The translations under genes were made by a program, and so were the position numbers. A model generated the notes under the pieces. It saw only the letters and a program-made list of their open reading frames with translations. It was not told where the DNA came from and did not search any database. DNA of 64,000 nucleotides from an uncultured Alphaproteobacteria bacterium (GTDB lineage: Bacteria > Pseudomonadota > Alphaproteobacteria > Rhizobiales > Xanthobacteraceae): positions 4,792 to 68,791 of the forward strand of contig CAVPZO010000038.1 in NCBI GenBank assembly GCA_963710045.1, written 5' to 3'. Shown here one piece after another: positions 43,925-52,566 of this stretch (its first letter is position 1; every line of letters starts with the position of its first letter).

Positions 43925-45294
43925 ATGGCCTTGGGGGACCAGGTCCGGAATGGCGAGACGAACCCCGCCTGGCCGCGGCGGGACGCAGCACATTTCGCGT
44001 GGCGTGACAGGCCTGCATTCCTGCGCGGAAGCTTTGGCCCGCCAAGATCCAGCAATGACAATCAGCGCTATGTCCTCGATGAAGGTCCGGCCGATGAGCT
44101 GGATTGCCTGCGACGCGTGCTGGCGCCGGAGTTGCTCCGGGCCGCCGAAGCGCGCGCCCGGGAACTGGGCATCGGCGCCGACCGGGTGCTGATCCTTTGG
44201 GGCGTGATCGACGAAGAGGCCTATCTGCAGCGGCTTGCGTTTCACACCGGCATCGCCACCGAAGATTTCTCGGAAATCGGCCACGGCGATTCTTTGCTGC
44301 GCGACCGCGAAATCCTCCAGGCCGCGGAGCTCTGCCTGATCCGGCTTTGGCGGAACGGCCGCTTGATCTGGACACTCGCGCCGAGGCACCTTGCGGCACG
44401 CACGCTGTGCAGGCTTGTCGCAAGATATCCCGACCTGACCGAGTGGCTCCGGCTCGCAACATCCTCGCGTCTCCACCAGTTCCTGCTGCATCAGACGGAC
44501 GACGTGCTCGGCCGAGCCGCCGCGAGTGGTCTGCGCCGGCGCTTTCCGCGGATGTCGGCCGCGCCTGCCGCCGTCAAGGGACCGCGATGGCGCAGGCATC
44601 TGCAACGCTTCAAGGGACCGTTCGTCATCGCGGCGCTGATGCTGCTGCCGCCGATCATTGCCCTGGACGCATGGAGCGTCGTGCTGGCGCTATGGTTCCT
44701 GGCGTTTATCGGCCTGCGTCTTGTCGGGAGTTTCGTGCCGCGACAGCCGCAGAAGAAAATGCGGCGCCTGCCGGACCATCAATTGCCGGTATACACCGTC
44801 ATCGCGGCACTTTACCGCGAGGCGAAATCGGTCGCGTCCTTGATGCAGGCGATCGACGAACTCGACTACCCGCGCGAAAAACTCCAGGTCATCCTGGCCC
44901 TCGAGCCCAACGATCTCGCAACCCGCGCCGCCATCGCGCGGCTTGGTCCGATGCCACATGTGCAGGTCCTGATCGCACCCGCCACCGGCCCCACGACCAA
45001 GCCGAAAGCGCTGAACTGCGCGCTTCCTTTCGCGCGAGGCAGTTTTGTCGCGGTGTTCGACGCCGAAGATCGCCCCGATCCCGGCCAGCTTCGCGCCGCG
45101 CTCGATGCCTTTCGCAGCAACGGTGTCGACGTCGCCTGCGCGCAGGCCAGCCTCTGTATCGACAACAACGGCAACGACAGCTGGCTGTCGCGGACGTTCG
45201 CCGCCGAATACGCCGGACAGTTCGATGTGTTTCTCCCGGGCCTCGCGGCGATGCGGATGCCGCTGCCGCTGGGCGGGTCGTCGAATCATTTCCG
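43925..45294 (+). pseudogene. GT2 glycosyltransferase, N-terminal part (interrupted by IS)
   Basis: ALYREA, LDYP, TKPKALN, FDAED, LGGSSNHFR; reading frame continues at 50246. Confidence 0.92.
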
Positions 45295-45420
45295 CGGCAT
45301 TAGGTAGCAAACTCACCAAGCGGCTTTTGCCGCCCGAGCATAGCTATCTGAGCCGAGAAAGGTTCGGAAAACGATGTTTTGCAGGCTCGCACCCCGGTTG
45401 CGGGGTGTTAGGATTGCGGC

Positions 45421-46431
45421 ATGCATTGGCTACGGCACCACTGGATCGCCCTGCTTGGCGCGATCCCGCTCATCCCCCCAACGCTCAAGTGGCTCGGTTG
45501 GCTTGTCAGCCGGGGCGGTGACGTGGATTTTGTCATCTCGCGCACCAACGACCCCGCTTGGGTGGGCACGATGATCGGCTGGATCATTAACCCGCCCGGA
45601 TGGGCGATACTGCCCCTGATCGCCGGAGGCCTTTTTCTAATCTGGTTGCATGTGCGCCGGCGGTCGGACGCGCCGGTCAAGGACCAAATAACAACACCAC
45701 AAAAAACAGACCCCCATTATGATACAAGGCCTGAAAAGGCCACGCCTAGCGGGGGGCAATTGGTAGAACTAGGGCAAAACATTATTATAGCGACGGTCGT
45801 AGTGGCCTGTATCGGGCTGGTCTTTGGGCTTTTCTTAATTCTCCTAGGAGACAGGCAAAACGCCAAACGGGCAGCCGCCCTAGCGCCTGCGAAATCCGAG
45901 GTCGCGCAATCCACATCGCCAGCCGTCAAGCCGCCAGACCCAATTATCGTTCCGGCTACGCCCCCGTCTCCAACCCCAACCCCAGCCCCGCCAGCCAGAG
46001 AATTTGTTCAGGAGAACATCACTCCTGAATATTTGGTTGGCCTGTATGATGGCGGCCATACATCGTTAGGAGCAAATCTGCGCGCATCGGTGTTTATTGG
46101 CAAATGGCTGCAGGTAACTGGGCCATTGGGGAATATTGTTGGAGGGGATCGTTCCTTCGACGGCAGCAGACTCCCTGCGGTTGGATCAATTACATCCACA
46201 AACGGGACATACTTTCATTTGGTCTTCAGGGGGGAATGGATCGAGCGTGCCGCTATGGTTCCAAAAAATGAAACGGTAACTGTGCGCGGCAAAATCCAGG
46301 ACATCGCCCGCGCTCTGATAACCTTGGATGATGTTGAGTTGATCGAACCTAGGAACGAAGGTCCAGCTCGTTCACCGCGAGCGCGTCGAGGCACCGCAGA
46401 AAGAAAGCGGCGGAAACCCGGCCCCGGCTGA
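45421..46431 (+). CDS. passenger: membrane protein with Pro-rich linker and C-terminal OB-fold-like domain
   Basis: Three hydrophobic segments; FIGKWLQVTGPL...VTVRGKI pattern. Confidence 0.65.
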   Translation: MHWLRHHWIALLGAIPLIPPTLKWLGWLVSRGGDVDFVISRTNDPAWVGTMIGWIINPPGWAILPLIAGGLFLIWLHVRRRSDAPVKDQITTPQKTDPHYDTRPEKATPSGGQLVELGQNIIIATVVVACIGLVFGLFLILLGDRQNAKRAAALAPAKSEVAQSTSPAVKPPDPIIVPATPPSPTPTPAPPAREFVQENITPEYLVGLYDGGHTSLGANLRASVFIGKWLQVTGPLGNIVGGDRSFDGSRLPAVGSITSTNGTYFHLVFRGEWIERAAMVPKNETVTVRGKIQDIARALITLDDVELIEPRNEGPARSPRARRGTAERKRRKPGPG

Positions 46432-46669
46432 TCTTGGGGAAGCCCGCGAATCAGCCCTTGTTTTGGCCTACATGTGGTAGAAATTAGCGATGTCTTCACA
46501 CTATATGTTGACAATTTGATTCTGACTTCAATGGGTTAGCCTTGGGTCCATTTGGCAGTTGCGTAATATTGTTACGCTTGTTACCCCTCTCGGGCGGTAC
46601 TGGGAGGACGATGGCAGCGCGAGCGGCGCGGTCTGAAATCGTCGCAAAAACCGATTTTGGGAGATATTT

Positions 46670-46858
46670 ATGGCGATAGATGAACCTGTGGCGGGATCGT
46701 CAGCACCTGTTGTTATCGGCGCGACCCTGTTCCGCGGCATTGTCGCGGTTCAACCGCAGGATTCCTTCCAGCCAAATGATCTTCCGAAAATTGACGAGGC
46801 GCTGCACTCACCCGAAGTGATTGCCTCGCTTCAGCAGCGCGCCCTCAAATTAGATTAG
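46670..46858 (+). CDS. passenger: small hypothetical protein (62 aa)
   Basis: GGAG RBS upstream of ATG; precedes the 197-aa ORF. Confidence 0.55.
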   Translation: MAIDEPVAGSSAPVVIGATLFRGIVAVQPQDSFQPNDLPKIDEALHSPEVIASLQQRALKLD

Positions 46859-46898
46859 CTTTATTACGGCTTCAAATTGCGTTAGTGAGCGGTCCATC

Positions 46899-47492
46899 AT
46901 GACTGCGCAGCAATACCATTGTGAGCAAAAGGCGCTGTTCAGCAATCTTGCTGATCGGCAATGGTTTCACGACTTTGTCGATTATCAATATAAACGGGTC
47001 GTGTTCAATATGGAGCCCGTCACTCCTGTCCTTTCCGAATATTGGATTTATCAAGCTCACTATCGGTGGGCAAAGGACATGGAGCATTCATCCAAGAAGG
47101 AGTACGACGGAAGGCCGCTAGATCACTTCAAGCGGGCCGGCTTTCTTTGCTACTGGCTTCGTCGCTGTCCGCCGATGGCAGAGCTAATGTCAAATCCCGA
47201 CTTGACGTTTGCTCAGATTAAATTTCGCGATCCCAATAAAATCTTGACCCAGTACGGCAATGTTTTTGCTGCGTTTGATATTGGTCTTCGGATTTGCAGA
47301 TATTGGGAGTTTGCCCGTACAGACATCAATTACGATTCCGAAACACGTCAACGGATTTTGAAGTTTTCGATACCGCAAAGATCAGAATTCATTGAGGACA
47401 TTTGTTACACCTTGGCTGAGAAGAATATCTCTCCGCACTCACTTCATATGCTTTATAAGTCACTCTTTCTTGCCCTTAGGCCCCAAGAGTAG
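46899..47492 (+). CDS. passenger: hypothetical protein (197 aa), AT-rich
   Basis: Long ORF in low-GC DNA; no family recognised with confidence. Confidence 0.75.
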   Translation: MTAQQYHCEQKALFSNLADRQWFHDFVDYQYKRVVFNMEPVTPVLSEYWIYQAHYRWAKDMEHSSKKEYDGRPLDHFKRAGFLCYWLRRCPPMAELMSNPDLTFAQIKFRDPNKILTQYGNVFAAFDIGLRICRYWEFARTDINYDSETRQRILKFSIPQRSEFIEDICYTLAEKNISPHSLHMLYKSLFLALRPQE

Positions 47493-47506
47493 GGACCTTG
47501 AGCAAG

Positions 47507-47965
47507 CTAACGGGCCAGCGCGCGCAGCGTCCACATCAAATTGCCCTTAGTGTCCACAGACGACCGCACGTCGCCAGCCTGTTTCAAAATGCGAAGCGCT
47601 TTGGAGGCGCGCCGCGTTACATCGGTAATCAGCTTTCGATCACGCGCATCCTTGCCTTCCAAGGCGACGATTGCCTGCGCTATTTCCCGGCTTCCCATCG
47701 GCCCTGTAGCGCCGCGTAGTTCGTCTAAAATGGATCTGGTTAGCTCGCCCTTGCCGAACACTACGTTGTGCTTTTGCCGTGGCATTTCCTTATCCAGATC
47801 GCCGGTATAGCCGAGCGTACTCAGAACGCGATCCAGCGCCCCTATGTCGTTCCTGATTTCAGCGGTGCGGTCACGCAATCGCGCGGCTTCATTGAACAGG
47901 TCTGATCGCTTCGCAAGCAAGCCGGTAATCGTATGCTCGTAAGTTTCGGTTCGTGCCGGTTTCAT
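47507..47965 (-). CDS. passenger: coiled-coil + winged-helix-like protein coupled to the transposase
   Basis: ATGA overlap with the transposase stop; N-terminal heptads; GELTRSILDELR...SREIAQAI. Confidence 0.75.
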   Translation of the reverse strand: MKPARTETYEHTITGLLAKRSDLFNEAARLRDRTAEIRNDIGALDRVLSTLGYTGDLDKEMPRQKHNVVFGKGELTRSILDELRGATGPMGSREIAQAIVALEGKDARDRKLITDVTRRASKALRILKQAGDVRSSVDTKGNLMWTLRALAR

Positions 47966-48921
47966 TTCGCCGCCCTCTGCCAGTAGCCGCACCAAACTTT
48001 GGAAACGGGATGATTGAGGCTCGCATCGGCGGCCATCAAATATTGTTCGCCGTTGCTGATACGGCGGTTGTTCTCGCGCCACGCCATTTCGCTCGCATAG
48101 GCTGAGAGGTACGGGCCGGCGACGTGATGGTGAATGCCGATCTCAGCACGGCGAAGGCGCGAGAAAAACGACTCCGCCATGTTGGTGCAGGCTTCGCCAT
48201 CCGAATAGCTCTGGCTGTGATTGATGCGCTTCGTCAGGAAGCGCGCATGTAGCGCGTCCCAATGCACGGCTTCGTCAGCGTAAACAGTGCTGCCGGGCGC
48301 AACGGTGCGGGCAATCGTCAGGACCGATGCACCTTCCGACGAGAACACGAAAGGCAGCGTCCGCCCCTTGCGCTCGCGCATGACGACAACCACGCGGCGC
48401 TTGCCGGTCTGGTTCTCTGCGAAGCGACGGTCCACGCGATTGACCTTGTGATTTGCGGGTCGCACGTGGCCGCCGAAATAGGCGCCATCAACTTCGACTT
48501 CGCCCGATACGGTCGCGCCGTTTGCTTCCGACGCCAGCGCTTCGCGGATTTTGTGAGCCATCACAAACGCGGTTTTGTATTGGCAATCCAGGTCACGGCT
48601 AAGCTGTAGGGCGCTATGCCCCTTCGCGCCGTTCACGAAAATCGCAATGGCAAGCAGGTAGTCGCGGATTGAAAGCTTGCGGCTGGCGAAAATCGTCCCG
48701 CTGGTCACGCTGAATTGGTGATCGCAACCCTTGCACTTGAACAACTTGCGGGTCGTGTAGGCGTAGGCACCTAAGCAGCCGCAGCGCGGGCAAACCGGGT
48801 CGCCGTTAGTGGCGGACCACCGGACCAGCTTGAACGCCTGATAGGCTTCCTCGTCGGACAAACGGGCGACCTTCGCTAAACTTAGCGACCTCGCCTTTGC
48901 CGATAGTAGGAAGTGCTGCAA
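47962..48921 (-). CDS. IS1595 family transposase (Zn ribbon + ISXO2-like DDE)
   Basis: CPRC...CKGC, TSGTIF, VEVDGAYFGG, VYADE, TNMAESFFSRLRR; TTG start behind GGAGA. Confidence 0.95.
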   Translation of the reverse strand: MQHFLLSAKARSLSLAKVARLSDEEAYQAFKLVRWSATNGDPVCPRCGCLGAYAYTTRKLFKCKGCDHQFSVTSGTIFASRKLSIRDYLLAIAIFVNGAKGHSALQLSRDLDCQYKTAFVMAHKIREALASEANGATVSGEVEVDGAYFGGHVRPANHKVNRVDRRFAENQTGKRRVVVVMRERKGRTLPFVFSSEGASVLTIARTVAPGSTVYADEAVHWDALHARFLTKRINHSQSYSDGEACTNMAESFFSRLRRAEIGIHHHVAGPYLSAYASEMAWRENNRRISNGEQYLMAADASLNHPVSKVWCGYWQRAAK

Positions 48922-49000
48922 CGCTATCTCCGGGCCAACGATTTCCGTTGACCTCATTGATAAGCGTTGAAAGTAATGGCGTCAACTTAAATCGTTTACC

Positions 49001-49029
49001 TTGACGAAAATTGTTTACGTCGCTAGTTT
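49001..49029 (+). promoter_or_regulatory. sigma70-type promoter of the XRE gene (predicted leaderless transcript)
   Basis: TTGACG-N17-TAGTTT, then 6 nt to the ATG. Confidence 0.6.
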
Positions 49030-49035
49030 GCTGCG

Positions 49036-49257
49036 ATGACCCCAGAACAGTGTCGAGCCGCGAGAGCATGGCTAGATTGGCCTCAAGACGCGCTTGCAAA
49101 AAGCGCGAACGTGGGCGTTTCGACGGTTCGGGACTTTGAGGCAGGACGCCGTGAGCCGACGCGGAACAATCTAACGGCAATGCAAGCTGCACTGGAAAAA
49201 GGTGGCGTTTCATTCGTTGATGACGGGAAAGCGCGCGGGATTTCGGCCCCGTGCTAG
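49036..49257 (+). CDS. XRE family HTH regulator
   Basis: MTPEQCRAARAWLDWPQDALA...TVRDFEAG. Confidence 0.92.
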   Translation: MTPEQCRAARAWLDWPQDALAKSANVGVSTVRDFEAGRREPTRNNLTAMQAALEKGGVSFVDDGKARGISAPC

Positions 49258-49285
49258 ACGTGAATCGGTGATCCTGATATAAAGT

Positions 49286-49527
49286 TGCGGTGGACCGGTT
49301 GGGGATCGGACCCAAGCGTCGCGGGTGGAAATCCAGCTAGCGGCACCAAGCCCCGGCCCGTTCCGCAGAAGCTACCAGCCACGCTCGCAACGCGACTGAT
49401 AGCCTCTCGGTATTCGACAGCTTCATGTTGTCATGTACCACCAACCTTTCGACCCGCCTTCAACGGGTGCCATACTTAGGCGTTAGAGTTCGGACTACCG
49501 GGGCCTTGCGGCCCCGGATTTCGTTTT
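49286..49527 (+). ncRNA. candidate structured ncRNA in the transposon
   Basis: TAGACG-N17-TATAAA promoter, several stems, and an intrinsic terminator; no credible long ORF. Confidence 0.5.
49498..49527 (+). terminator. intrinsic terminator
   Basis: CCGGGGCC-TTGC-GGCCCCGG-ATTTCGTTTT. Confidence 0.75.
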
Positions 49528-49532
49528 CGTGA

Positions 49533-50090
49533 TTAGGCGTACTTGCTCAGCTTCGTTGAACTGAGGGTTTTTGCGGATTCAGTTTCGGCTTGCGTTGCAG
49601 GGGTTTCTTGGTCCTCTTGCGCAGCTTCACCGGACTTCGGTTTTTTCAAATCAGGATACCAGCTAGTCAGGCCGTAACTGTTGTTCGGCAAGCGGTGGAA
49701 GAATGCCGTGCGTTTTCGCAGCAGCGCGCGCATCCCGATCATTGCCGTGGTTGCGTCTTTGGCCTCGAACTTGAAACCGCCCGAAGTGATGGCATCGTAG
49801 ATTTCGCGCGGCGTCGCTGGCCCCAGGTTTTGGAGCTTCCGCATTTCGAGATATTCGCGGACGGCCGTTTGAAGCTTTTTGCCGTAGAACGTGTCCGGCT
49901 TGATCTGGGTTATGGTGTGGGAACCAGCGCCCGACCTCGTGCTGTCGCCACCACCGCCGCCAAATGGCGGGCGAGGTCCAAGCCCATCTTCCTTCCGTAG
50001 GTCATTAATGACCTCGATTAATCCGTTCGCCTTGCGTTCCAATTCGCCCAAGCGCACCTCAAGGGCATCAATCGCAATTTGGTTTCCCAT
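49533..50090 (-). CDS. passenger: coiled-coil + winged-helix (HARE-HTH-like) protein
   Basis: GGAGG RBS, ATG 50090; AVREYLEM...PATPREIYDAI...FHRLPNNSYGLTSW. Confidence 0.75.
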   Translation of the reverse strand: MGNQIAIDALEVRLGELERKANGLIEVINDLRKEDGLGPRPPFGGGGGDSTRSGAGSHTITQIKPDTFYGKKLQTAVREYLEMRKLQNLGPATPREIYDAITSGGFKFEAKDATTAMIGMRALLRKRTAFFHRLPNNSYGLTSWYPDLKKPKSGEAAQEDQETPATQAETESAKTLSSTKLSKYA

Positions 50091-50245
50091 GGTCGCCTCC
50101 GCGCGCAATAGTGCGCGGGAATCATCTAGCAAATCAAAGCCCCGGCCACAAGGGAAATTTGGGACATTCTGGGACAATTGTGGAAAAACGAGTCAAATGG
50201 ACCAGTTTGGCCTAGGTGAGTTTGCTACCTAATGCCGCATTTCCG

Positions 50246-50927
50246 TACCGCGGTGCTGCGCGAGGTCGGCGGCTGGGACGCCTGGAATGTGACCGAGGAC
50301 GCCGACCTCGGCTTTCGCCTCGCGCGCTTTGGATATCGATCTGTCACCTTCGATTCGACCACCAGCGAGGAAGCGCCGATCCGCTTCAAGCCATGGCTGC
50401 GTCAGCGTTCGCGCTGGATGAAAGGCTGGATGCAGACCTGGGGCGTGCACATGCGCGAGCCCCGGCGGCTGTGGCGGCAAGCCGGTCCACGCGGATTCCT
50501 GACGCTCAATATCATTGTCGGCGGCAACGTGCTGACCGCGCTCGCGTACCCGATTCTTGTGATCGAACTCGCGGCGTATCTCCTGACCAACATCACCGGC
50601 AGTACGTCAGGCTTGTTCTTCACGGGTTCGCTGGCGCCATTGCACATCGCGACCATCACAACCGGCTTTGCGTCGACCGTCCTGATCGGCCTGATGGGGC
50701 TTGCACGTCGCGGCAGGCTTCGCAGCGGCTGGGTTCTGGCGCTGACGCCGTTCTATTGGGCCGGCCTGTCGATCGCCGCATGGCGCGCGCTTTGGCAGCT
50801 TTGGGTCGATCCCTATCGTTGGGAGAAGACCGAGCATGGCCTTACCCAAAGCCGGCAATCAACTGAAATGCCGCGCTCGCGGGCAACCGCGCATCCGATG
50901 AGGCGGCAGCGCGGATTTCAGAGATAG
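50246..50927 (+). pseudogene. GT2 glycosyltransferase, C-terminal part
   Basis: GGWDAWNVTEDADLG, QRSRWMKG, WEKTEHG. Confidence 0.92.
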
Positions 50928-51511
50928 CGCTTGAGATCTTTCGCCGCTTCCGCCGGCGTCCGCTTCAGATTGAACGGCGCCACGAATTTTCCGTCGCGGT
51001 CCATCAGATAGATCAGCGCGGTATGATCCATGGTGTAATCGCCGTCCTTGAGCGGGACCTTTTTGGCATAGACCCGGAAGCCGGAAATCACTTTCGCCAC
51101 CGCATCCTTGTCGCCGGTCAGGCCCTTCAGGTGCGGATCGAAGCTCGACAGATAGTCCTTCATCGCAGCACTGGTGTCGCGCTCCGGGTCGACCGAAATG
51201 AACCAGGCGTTGACGCGGCCGGCATCCCCGCCCATCGCGCGCAGCAGTTCGGAGATTTCGAACAGCGAGGTCGGGCACACATCCGGGCAATGCGTGAAGC
51301 CGAAGAAAATCAGCGTCGGTTTTCCCTGCAGATTTTTCTCAGTGACGGCCTGTCCGGCCTGGTCGGTCAGCTGAAACGGCCCGCCGATCGCCGCCGGCGC
51401 CGTCACCCCGCGCAAGCCGCCAAGCATCCACAGCACGACCACCAGCCCGATCACCAGGCTGGAGGCGAATGCTGCGACAATGATCAGCGGCCGGGTGGTC
51501 CGATCCATCAT
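50918..51511 (-). CDS. SCO family copper chaperone
   Basis: FGFTHCPDVCP, VDPERD, YTMDH. Confidence 0.95.
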   Translation of the reverse strand: MMDRTTRPLIIVAAFASSLVIGLVVVLWMLGGLRGVTAPAAIGGPFQLTDQAGQAVTEKNLQGKPTLIFFGFTHCPDVCPTSLFEISELLRAMGGDAGRVNAWFISVDPERDTSAAMKDYLSSFDPHLKGLTGDKDAVAKVISGFRVYAKKVPLKDGDYTMDHTALIYLMDRDGKFVAPFNLKRTPAEAAKDLKRYL

Positions 51512-51530
51512 AAAATTCCTTTGGATCAGA

Positions 51531-51734
51531 TCAGAAGCAGGCGGCGATGCCCGATGTGATCATCTCGAAGAAGACGGCGGTGCCGTAGTGGACCCACAAC
51601 ACCGCGGCGCCGATCAACAGGGCCGCGACAAGGACGGCGCTGCCAACGATGATTCCGAACGCCACGCCGCCCATCGGACGGGGCGCCGGCACCGCGCTTT
51701 CCTGAATGGACCCTTGGTGCGCCGTGTTCAGCAT
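51531..51734 (-). CDS. small membrane protein
   Basis: One TM segment; LWVHYGTAVFFEMI; start approximate. Confidence 0.65.
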   Translation of the reverse strand: MLNTAHQGSIQESAVPAPRPMGGVAFGIIVGSAVLVAALLIGAAVLWVHYGTAVFFEMITSGIAACF

Positions 51735-51818
51735 CACTCCCAGATAGGGCCAGCCGGGCCGCCCGGCAAGCGCTGCCGGCGCGGCAGCGATCACGTCATG
51801 CTGAGGGATAGCGCGATC

Positions 51819-52277
51819 TCAGCGCGGGATCGAAGCCTGGGCGTCCATGTAGCAGGGCTTGTACATGCCCATCAGCTGGCGTCCGCGCAGGAAAATCATG
51901 CGCTGGGTCAGCCCGCCGCGCTTCGCGATCCAGCGCCGGATTTCCGACGGATACATGGAATACAGCATCTGGGTGGCTTCCGGATTGGTCACCGCGCGGC
52001 CATTGGCGCCGAAATCCCAGGCGGCGTGAAAGCCGAGATTGGCGTGGGAGGTCACGCAAATCCTGTCGTGGGGAACCGCGCCGAGAACGATGGTACAGGC
52101 CGAGGCGCAGAGGCCGTCGATGATCACCGTTTCGCCGGAGCTGCGCAGGCCCTGATACTTGTCGACATAGGTCCCGATCCGGCCGCCGCGGTCGTCGGCG
52201 ATCCGAACCACCGCATGACTTGCCCCGACGCCCGCGACCAGCAAGACCGCCGCGAGCAACCCCGTAACGAATTTCAT
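51819..52277 (-). CDS. secreted hypothetical protein (ClpP/crotonase-like motif)
   Basis: Signal peptide; DRGG, IDGLCASACT, LGFHAA. Confidence 0.75.
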   Translation of the reverse strand: MKFVTGLLAAVLLVAGVGASHAVVRIADDRGGRIGTYVDKYQGLRSSGETVIIDGLCASACTIVLGAVPHDRICVTSHANLGFHAAWDFGANGRAVTNPEATQMLYSMYPSEIRRWIAKRGGLTQRMIFLRGRQLMGMYKPCYMDAQASIPR

Positions 52278-52566
52278 GACCAGCCCCAGTCCAAAACCTG
52301 TCGAACCCGAATCTGACTGTCTTGAGTGATGCAAGACTGCGCCAGCGTGTTGCGGGACCGGCGTTTTGTCCAGACGGCCGGGGCGGTTCAAATCAAATTC
52401 AAATCGAGTGTTGCACGCGGGATGCACCCTCGGCTGCCGGCATCCCAAACTGGAACAATCAAGGCGTTCGGCGGCGCTGCCGCGCGCACCGTCAAGGCCG
52501 TATTTGCCGTTGACCGCGGTTAGAGCGGCAGGCTTCAATCCTTAAGGAGGCAGGGGAGACAATCCG

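Larger units (their letters stand above)
45295..50237. mobile_element. IS1595-family (ISNha5-type) transposon with passenger genes, 4,943 bp
   Basis: Perfect 23-bp IRs CGGCATTAGGTAGCAAACTCACC (45295-45317; 50215-50237); 8-bp TSD CATTTCCG (45287-45294; 50238-50245); internal DDE transposase. Confidence 0.96.

Noticed and set aside
49318-49349. tRNA-like 3' end (GGGTGGAAATCC...GCACCA) as a tRNA gene or att site
   Set aside because: No D-arm or anticodon arm and no canonical TTC loop; kept only as part of the candidate ncRNA.
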